From positions 750,001-782,000 of the forward strand of contig NZ_CP066018.1 of assembly GCF_016127575.1 (NCBI RefSeq): a stretch of DNA of 32,000 nucleotides, given 5' to 3'. The position numbers and the translations under genes are program-made. Of this stretch, positions 27,031-32,000 are shown in pieces. The stretch's first letter is position 1; each line of letters starts with the position of its first letter. This DNA comes from Cupriavidus necator. Its GTDB lineage: Bacteria > Pseudomonadota > Gammaproteobacteria > Burkholderiales > Burkholderiaceae. The notes beneath the pieces were generated by a model. The model was given only the letters and a program-made list of their open reading frames with translations, was not told where the DNA came from and did no database searches.

Positions 27031-27450
27031 ATGGATGCCACCGACCACCAGTTGATTTCACTCCTGCGCGACAACGCGCGCATGCCGGTCACGGCGCTGG
27101 CGCAGGCGCTGCGCGTGTCGCGCGCGACCGTGCAGAACCGCATCGACAAACTGGAACAGGAAGGGGTGATCGTTGGCTACACGGTGCGCCTGCGGCCCGA
27201 GGCCGAAGCGCACCGCATCCGCGCCTGGATGACGATTGCCGTGGAAGGCAACAAGGCCCGCACCGTGCTGCAGGCGCTGCGCGGCGAGCCCAATGTGCAA
27301 GCGCTGCATACCACCAACGGCCGCTGGGACATCATTGCCGAGCTGCGCGCCGACACACTGGAAGCGTTCGACCGCGCGCTGGACCGGATCCGGCTGATCG
27401 ATGGCATCAGCGCCACCGAGACCAGCATCCTGCTGTCGACCTACAAGTAA
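27031..27450 (+). CDS. Lrp/AsnC-family transcriptional regulator
   Basis: Track ORF 26956..27450 trimmed to ATG 27031; 139 aa. MDATDHQLISLLRDNARMPVTALAQALRVSRATVQNRIDKLEQEGVIVGYTVRL... (HTH_AsnC type), followed by a C-terminal RAM/ligand-binding domain. Confidence 0.9.
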   Translation: MDATDHQLISLLRDNARMPVTALAQALRVSRATVQNRIDKLEQEGVIVGYTVRLRPEAEAHRIRAWMTIAVEGNKARTVLQALRGEPNVQALHTTNGRWDIIAELRADTLEAFDRALDRIRLIDGISATETSILLSTYK

Positions 27451-27571
27451 AGGGACCCGCCCAGGTCCCGGCGCTTCCCACCACCGGCAGGCGCGCCACG
27501 CCCAGTGCCGCCATGCGCTTGTGCGGTGCATCACGCCCCACGATTGGGATGCGCTGCACCAAAGGCGGCCA

Positions 27572-27594
27572 AATATATCACCCCGTGATATATT
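27572..27594. promoter_or_regulatory. AT-rich inverted repeat; candidate operator or promoter element upstream of the HPP-CBS gene
   Basis: AATATATCAC-ccc-GTGATATATT, with perfect 10-bp arms. It ends 35 nt upstream of ATG 27630. Confidence 0.4.
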
Positions 27595-27629
27595 ACGCGC
27601 ACCATTCCAAAGCGCCCCCCGTCACAAGA

Positions 27630-28769
27630 ATGCCAACCGCCCCCGCTGTCGCTGCCCTGGCGCAGAATGCCCGTGCATGGCTGCGCACATTCGTTCCGCT
27701 ACCCGTTGCCGCCAGCCGCAAGGAGCGCCTCAAAAGCTGCCTGGGCGCCCTGCTGGGCCTGCTCTGCACTGAATGGATCAGCCACCAGACCTTGGGCGGC
27801 TTCAACCCCTGGTTTGTCGCGCCGATGGGGGCCTGCGCGGTGCTGCTGTTCGCCGTGCCATCATCGCCGCTGGCACAGCCCTGGTCAGTGATTGGCGGCA
27901 ACCTGATTGCCGCGGTGGTCGGCGTGGCGTGCGCGCGCTGGATCCCGGACCCTGGCCTGGCCGCAGCGGTCGCAGTGGCCGTCTCCATCGCCCTGATGTT
28001 CCAGTTCCACTGCGTGCACCCGCCCAGCGGCGCGGTGGCCATCACCGCCGTATTCGGCGGGCCGGCGGTCAGTGCGCTGGGCTTCGGCTTCGTTGCCGTG
28101 CCCGTGCTGTTCAATTCGATGCTGCTGCTGATGATGGCGCTGGCCTTCAACAACCTGTCGCGGCGGCGCTACCCGCACCGCCCGCCCGAGCCTGCCATGC
28201 AGCACGGGACCAAGGACGTGCCGCCATCCCAGCGCGTTGGCGTCACCCGCGCCGACCTCGATGCTGCGCTGAAGGTGCGCGGCGAATTCCTGGATATCGA
28301 AGAAGACGACCTCGAACAGATCCTGGTGGCCGCGCAGTTGCGCGCCTACCGGCGCCACTTCGGCAACGTGCTGTGCGGCGAGATCATGTCGCGCGACGTG
28401 GTCATGGTGACCCCGGACCAGCCTGCACATGAGGCCGGGCACCTGCTGTCGCGGCACCGTATCAAGGCCCTGCCGGTAGTGGACGCCACCCGGCGGCTGG
28501 TAGGCATCATCACCCAGAGCGATTTTTTTGCGGCGCAGCGTGATACCGGTGCGCGGCGGCTGGCTGGTACCGTGCGGGACCTGATGACACGCGCCGTTGT
28601 CACCGCCCGACCCGAGCAGCCGATGGTGGAGTTGGCCCAGGCATTCTCGGACGGCGGCTTGCACCACGCGCCGGTGATCGACGACCACCGGCGCGTGGTG
28701 GGGATGGTGACGCAGTCGGATCTGGTGGCTGCACTGCTCAAGAGTGGGGTGATGGCGGTGCCGGATTGA
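27630..28769 (+). CDS. HPP-family membrane protein with a C-terminal CBS-domain pair
   Basis: This is the last 379 aa of track ORF 25974..28769, starting from ATG 27630. Hydrophobic N-terminal half with the eponymous HPP motif (FHCVHPPSGAVAI). C-terminal tandem CBS repeats (IMSRDVVMVTPD...ALPVVD...GIITQSD; LMTRAVVTARPE...HAPVID...GMVTQSD). An alternative in-frame GTG 27585 lies inside the palindrome. Confidence 0.85.
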   Translation: MPTAPAVAALAQNARAWLRTFVPLPVAASRKERLKSCLGALLGLLCTEWISHQTLGGFNPWFVAPMGACAVLLFAVPSSPLAQPWSVIGGNLIAAVVGVACARWIPDPGLAAAVAVAVSIALMFQFHCVHPPSGAVAITAVFGGPAVSALGFGFVAVPVLFNSMLLLMMALAFNNLSRRRYPHRPPEPAMQHGTKDVPPSQRVGVTRADLDAALKVRGEFLDIEEDDLEQILVAAQLRAYRRHFGNVLCGEIMSRDVVMVTPDQPAHEAGHLLSRHRIKALPVVDATRRLVGIITQSDFFAAQRDTGARRLAGTVRDLMTRAVVTARPEQPMVELAQAFSDGGLHHAPVIDDHRRVVGMVTQSDLVAALLKSGVMAVPD

Positions 28770-29064
28770 GGGCACCCGGACATCGCATCAACGCCTTTGG
28801 CTGCGCCCCGCGCAAGCGCAGAAGAAACCGACGATGCACTTTGAGCCCGCGCAGCAGCCGTAGGCGTCCCCGCGATGCCGCTCGCAGCAGGCGGCCTGCG
28901 CCCTGCATGGGGATCGTTCAATAGTGGGTTAACGCAGGCACTGCCCCTGACTCACATGGCGTAGCAGGGTCGAACGGGCAACCACGCCGGAACGGCAAGC
29001 ACCACCGTGCGAACCACCAACACCCTGGAATTGATTGCCGGCCGCTCAGGCGACGCGTTTTTTG

Positions 29065-29095
29065 GTTACTTTTTGTCGCTCGGACAAAAAGTGAC
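29065..29095. repeat. Palindromic unit of a probable dispersed Burkholderiales intergenic repeat
   Basis: GTTACTTTTTGTC, loop gctcg, GACAAAAAGTGAC: 13-bp arms with one T/G mismatch. It is embedded in TTTTTTGGTTACTTTTTGTC...GACAAAAAGTGACTCGCC...GGCGAAAC. I recall near-identical TTTTGGTTACTTTTG...ACAAAAGTGACTCGCC units scattered in Burkholderia/Cupriavidus genomes. Copy number cannot be tested within this window. Confidence 0.4.
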
Positions 29096-29353
29096 TCGCC
29101 AGCTACGCCGGCGAAACAGCCACGCCGACCAAGCGCCACATACCGACCGCTAGCAAAAAGCCCAGACACCCACCCGCTATCCACCGTCACAAACCTATGG
29201 CACTGTGCCCCCACGAGGGGGAACACGCCGCACGCAGCGGCCCACCGCCATAGTGACGACTAACCCACCGCCCCCCTTCCGCATCGCCCCACCCAACGTA
29301 AGCTATATTTACGCCGTTCCCGTCACACCGACGGGACCAAGGGAGATCCATCC

Positions 29354-30511
29354 ATGAGTTCCGGCCAGTTAATTGAGAAGATCGCAGCCGTCTTCGCACT
29401 GATCGTGCTGATCGGCGGCTCGCTGCTGGTGCTCGCGCCGTTCACCACCGCGCTGCTGTGGGGCGCGATCCTGGCCTTCAGCTCGTGGTACCCCTACACG
29501 GTGCTGTCGCGCTGGCTGGGCAACCGGCGCAGCCTGGCAGCGTTGATCTGCGTGCTGCTGGCCACCGTGGTGGTGCTGGGTCCGTTCGTCTACGCCGGCG
29601 CCAGCTTCTCGGCGCACCTGGACGAGCTGTCCGCGCTGGTTGACCGCTATAGGGAACACGGCATCCCGCAGCTGCCGGCCTGGCTGAGCAGCCTTCCCTA
29701 TGTCGGCTCCTACCTGCAGAACTCCTGGAACAGCGTCATCAATGCCGATTCCGAGATGGTCGCCAACCTGCGCAAGCTGATCGCCCCGGTTGGCCACATG
29801 CTGCTGGGCGCCGGGCTGTCGATCGGCGCCGGGCTGGGCCAGCTGGCGCTGTCGATCATCCTGGCGTTCTTCTTCTACACCGGCGGCGAGCTTGCCATTG
29901 CCTGGTTGCGCGCGGGCATGCACCGCATCGCCGGCGAGCGCGCCGACCACCTGCTGGAGCTGGCCGGCAGCACCGTCAAGGGCGTGGTCTACGGCGTGCT
30001 GGGCACGGCCTTCATCCAGGCCGTTCTGGCCGGCATCGGCCTGTGGATCGCGGGCGTGCCGGGCGCTGCCATCCTTGGCTTCGTGACCTTCTTCCTGTCG
30101 GTGATCCCGGTCGGCCCGCCGCTGGTGTGGCTGCCGGCCGCGCTGTGGCTGTACCACACCGGCGCCACCGGCTGGGCCATCTTCCTGGTGGTATGGGGCG
30201 TGGGCGTGGTCAGCATGGCTGACAACATCGTCAAGCCGCTGCTGATCAGCAAGGGCACCGGCATGCCTCTGATCTGGATCATGCTGGGCGTGCTCGGCGG
30301 CGCGCTGGCGTTCGGCTTCCTGGGCGTGTTCATCGGCCCGACGCTGCTGGCAGTGGCCTATGCGCTGCTGCGCGACTGGACCATCGGCTCGCAGGCAGAG
30401 GTAAAGCAAGACCTGAAGCAGAGCGAGGCACTGGCGGCCGCGCCGCCGGCGCCGGCCGTGGTCGACAACCCCGACGTCCCGCCGGCCACGACCGGCAAGC
30501 ACCCCGGCTGA
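29354..30511 (+). CDS. AI-2E family transporter (PerM/YhhT-like, UPF0118)
   Basis: 385 aa, polytopic. ...LAPFTTALLWGAILAFSSWYPY...GVLGTAFIQAVLAGIGLWIAGVPGAAILGFVTFFLSVIPVGPPLVWLPAALWLY...DNIVKPLLISKGTGMPLIWIMLGVLGG... are typical AI-2E family motifs. GGGAG SD. Confidence 0.9.
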   Translation: MSSGQLIEKIAAVFALIVLIGGSLLVLAPFTTALLWGAILAFSSWYPYTVLSRWLGNRRSLAALICVLLATVVVLGPFVYAGASFSAHLDELSALVDRYREHGIPQLPAWLSSLPYVGSYLQNSWNSVINADSEMVANLRKLIAPVGHMLLGAGLSIGAGLGQLALSIILAFFFYTGGELAIAWLRAGMHRIAGERADHLLELAGSTVKGVVYGVLGTAFIQAVLAGIGLWIAGVPGAAILGFVTFFLSVIPVGPPLVWLPAALWLYHTGATGWAIFLVVWGVGVVSMADNIVKPLLISKGTGMPLIWIMLGVLGGALAFGFLGVFIGPTLLAVAYALLRDWTIGSQAEVKQDLKQSEALAAAPPAPAVVDNPDVPPATTGKHPG

Positions 30512-31200
30512 TGGCAGGACACGACGCGCCCGGCGCGCCCGCCACCCCGGACCTCTCGCCGGCCATGCTGCACCGGCTGGTGGCATGCGAATACTGTGAC
30601 GCGGTCTACGAACGCACGCCGATCTCGCCCGGCGAGCGCGCGCTGTGCCTGCGCTGCGGCGGCCAGCTCTACCGCGAAAGCCGCCGCCAGTATCAACGGC
30701 TGCTGCCGCTGGTGATCACCGCGCTGATCCTGTTCCTGGTCTCAAACGCCTACCCGATCGTCGAGATGGACCTGCAGGGGGTCCGCACCCAGACCACGCT
30801 GCTGGGCGCCGTGCAGGCCCTGTACACCGACAAGATGGGGCTGGTGGCGGCACTGGTGTTCGCCACCACCATCCTTTTTCCTCTGTCCGAAATGCTGATG
30901 ATGGCCTATCTGCTGGTGCCGATGGCGCAGCATCGCATGCCCGCCGGTTTCGACCGCATCGTGCGCGGCATCCGCCAGACCCGGCCCTGGGGCATGATCG
31001 AAGTCTTCATGATCGGCGTGCTGGTCACGCTGGTGAAGCTGTCCAGCATGGCGCGCGTGCTGCCCGGCATCGCGCTGTGGTCGTTCGCGGCGCTGGTGAT
31101 CGTGCTGGCGGCGATGTTGTCGTTCGATCCGCGCGACCTGTGGCGCCATCTGGAAACACCCGATGACAACGCCGCGGCCGCGGGCGAGGAAGGCCGATGA
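30511..31200 (+). CDS. pqiA: Paraquat-inducible protein A-like membrane protein (half-size PqiA, first copy)
   Basis: 229 aa. Cys-pair motif CEYCDAVY...CLRCGG is followed by TM segments with the PqiA pattern (...LVSNAYPIVEM...GMIEVFMIGVLVTLVKL...). The start ATG overlaps the upstream stop (TGATG). Confidence 0.88.
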   Translation: MAGHDAPGAPATPDLSPAMLHRLVACEYCDAVYERTPISPGERALCLRCGGQLYRESRRQYQRLLPLVITALILFLVSNAYPIVEMDLQGVRTQTTLLGAVQALYTDKMGLVAALVFATTILFPLSEMLMMAYLLVPMAQHRMPAGFDRIVRGIRQTRPWGMIEVFMIGVLVTLVKLSSMARVLPGIALWSFAALVIVLAAMLSFDPRDLWRHLETPDDNAAAAGEEGR

Positions 31201-31949
31201 CGGAACAGCCGCAACCGCCGACGCAGCGTCCCCGCCAGCCAGGCGGCCGCCTGGCCCGCCCGCGCCAGCTGGCGCGCGAGGTGGTGGCCGAACTCACCGA
31301 CGACGACGAGCGCAGCCCGCTGCCGCAGGTCCCGACCGCCAGCCGGCTGGGCCTGCTGTCGTGCCACGCCTGCGACCTGGTCAGCCCGCGCACACTGGAG
31401 GGCGAGCCCTGCCCGCGCTGCGGCGCCACCCTGCACCATCGCAAGCCCGACAGCCTGGCGCGCACCTGGGCTTTCCTGCTGGCCGCCTTTATCCTCTATA
31501 TTCCCGCCAACGTGCTGCCGGTAATGGTGACCCAGTCCATCCTCGGCACGCAGCAGGACACCATCCTGTCCGGCGTGATCTACCTGTGGCTGTCCGGCTC
31601 GCACATGCTGGCCGGGCTGGTGCTGATCGCCAGCATCATCGTGCCGCTGCTGAAGATGGTGATCCTCACCTTCCTGCTGCTGTCCGTGCATTTCCGCTCG
31701 ACCTGGCGGATCCGGCAGCAGACCCGGCTGTACGGGCTGGTGGAGGTGATCGGCCGCTGGTCGATGCTCGATATTTTCGTGGTGGCGCTGCTGGCCTCGC
31801 TGGTGCGGGCCGGGGCGCTGGCCACCATCATCCCAGGCGGCGGCGCCATGGCCTTCGGCGCGGTCGTGGTCATGACCATGCTGGCCTCGCTCAGCTTCGA
31901 TCCGCGCCTGCTGTGGGATTCGCTGGAAGACAACAATGCCCGACACTGA
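31197..31949 (+). CDS. pqiA: Paraquat-inducible protein A-like membrane protein (half-size PqiA, second copy)
   Basis: 250 aa. CHACDLV...CPRCGA motif, then ...YIPANVLPVMV...SMLDIFVVALLASLV... ATGA overlap with the preceding gene. Confidence 0.88.
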   Translation: MTEQPQPPTQRPRQPGGRLARPRQLAREVVAELTDDDERSPLPQVPTASRLGLLSCHACDLVSPRTLEGEPCPRCGATLHHRKPDSLARTWAFLLAAFILYIPANVLPVMVTQSILGTQQDTILSGVIYLWLSGSHMLAGLVLIASIIVPLLKMVILTFLLLSVHFRSTWRIRQQTRLYGLVEVIGRWSMLDIFVVALLASLVRAGALATIIPGGGAMAFGAVVVMTMLASLSFDPRLLWDSLEDNNARH

Positions 31950-32000
31950 CAACCAAGCCTCCACACCCTCGGGTTCGCCCCCGCCGGCACCACCGGGCCT
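31936..32000 (+). CDS. pqiB: Start of a PqiB/MCE (MlaD-domain) protein, truncated by the window edge
   Basis: ATG 31936 overlaps the stop of the second pqiA by 14 nt. The open frame MPDTDNQASTPSGSPPPAPPG... continues to the window end. The identity is inferred only from the canonical pqiA-pqiB gene order. Confidence 0.45.
   Translation, partial: MPDTDNQASTPSGSPPPAPPG

Noticed and set aside
25974-27629. N-terminal 552 codons of the 931-aa track ORF 25974..28769
   Set aside because: This part runs antisense through the guanidino-modifying enzyme gene, across the divergent control region, and out of frame over the lrp gene. Only the segment from ATG 27630 (HPP plus CBS domains) is credible.
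29198-29213. TGGCAC at 29198 and TGGCAG at 24141 as possible extra sigma54 promoters
   Set aside because: Neither has a GC dinucleotide at the required -12 spacing (10 nt between GG and GC).
28918-29226. 102-aa minus-strand ORF in the long intergenic gap
   Set aside because: It reads straight through the palindromic repeat unit (translating as ...FVRATKSNQKTRRL...). It has no SD and has Cys/Trp/Arg-rich composition. It is probably the kind of spurious hypothetical protein these repeats generate.

Overview
High-GC betaproteobacterial chromosomal segment. GroEL/GroES sequence, codon bias and repeat types look Burkholderiaceae (Cupriavidus/Ralstonia-like); this is inference from memory, not a search. 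I support about 25 protein genes. In order: a partial fimbrial-like gene; groES-groEL with an exact CIRCE operator; a small secreted PT-repeat protein; an MltF-like lytic transglycosylase; an ArsR-like regulator; a Tat-exported molybdo-hydroxylase pair (IorA/IorB-like) with a separate dihaem cytochrome c; a family-3 acyltransferase; a SnoaL-like protein; a MASE1-3xPAS-GGDEF-EAL c-di-GMP protein; stand-alone hutU plus an MFS transporter; dctA-dctB-dctD with a full sigma54 control region; an orphan HTH/receiver-like regulator; a guanidino-modifying enzyme plus ornithine cyclodeaminase operon with a divergent Lrp/AsnC regulator; an HPP-CBS membrane protein; and an AI-2E permease coupled to split pqiA-pqiA-pqiB. 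I saw no rRNA, tRNA, CRISPR array, transposase, integrase, toxin-antitoxin pair or recognisable defence gene. I do not find a convincing new multi-gene system: this reads as core or near-core metabolic and regulatory chromosome. The most interesting unexplained items are: (1) an unannotated 22-codon proline-rich ORF with a near-perfect Shine-Dalgarno inside a long sigma54-driven dctA leader; (2) an excisionase-type HTH fused to a receiver-like domain with a degenerate acidic pocket, behind an AT-rich island; (3) a two-gene arrangement that resembles the fused cyanobacterial arginine-to-proline enzyme; (4) an AI-2E permease translationally coupled to a Pqi/MCE operon; (5) several strong palindromic operators and a 584-bp non-coding gap carrying a Burkholderiales-type palindromic repeat. 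Many long ORFs in the supplied track are antisense or read-through shadows typical of high-GC DNA and are rejected.
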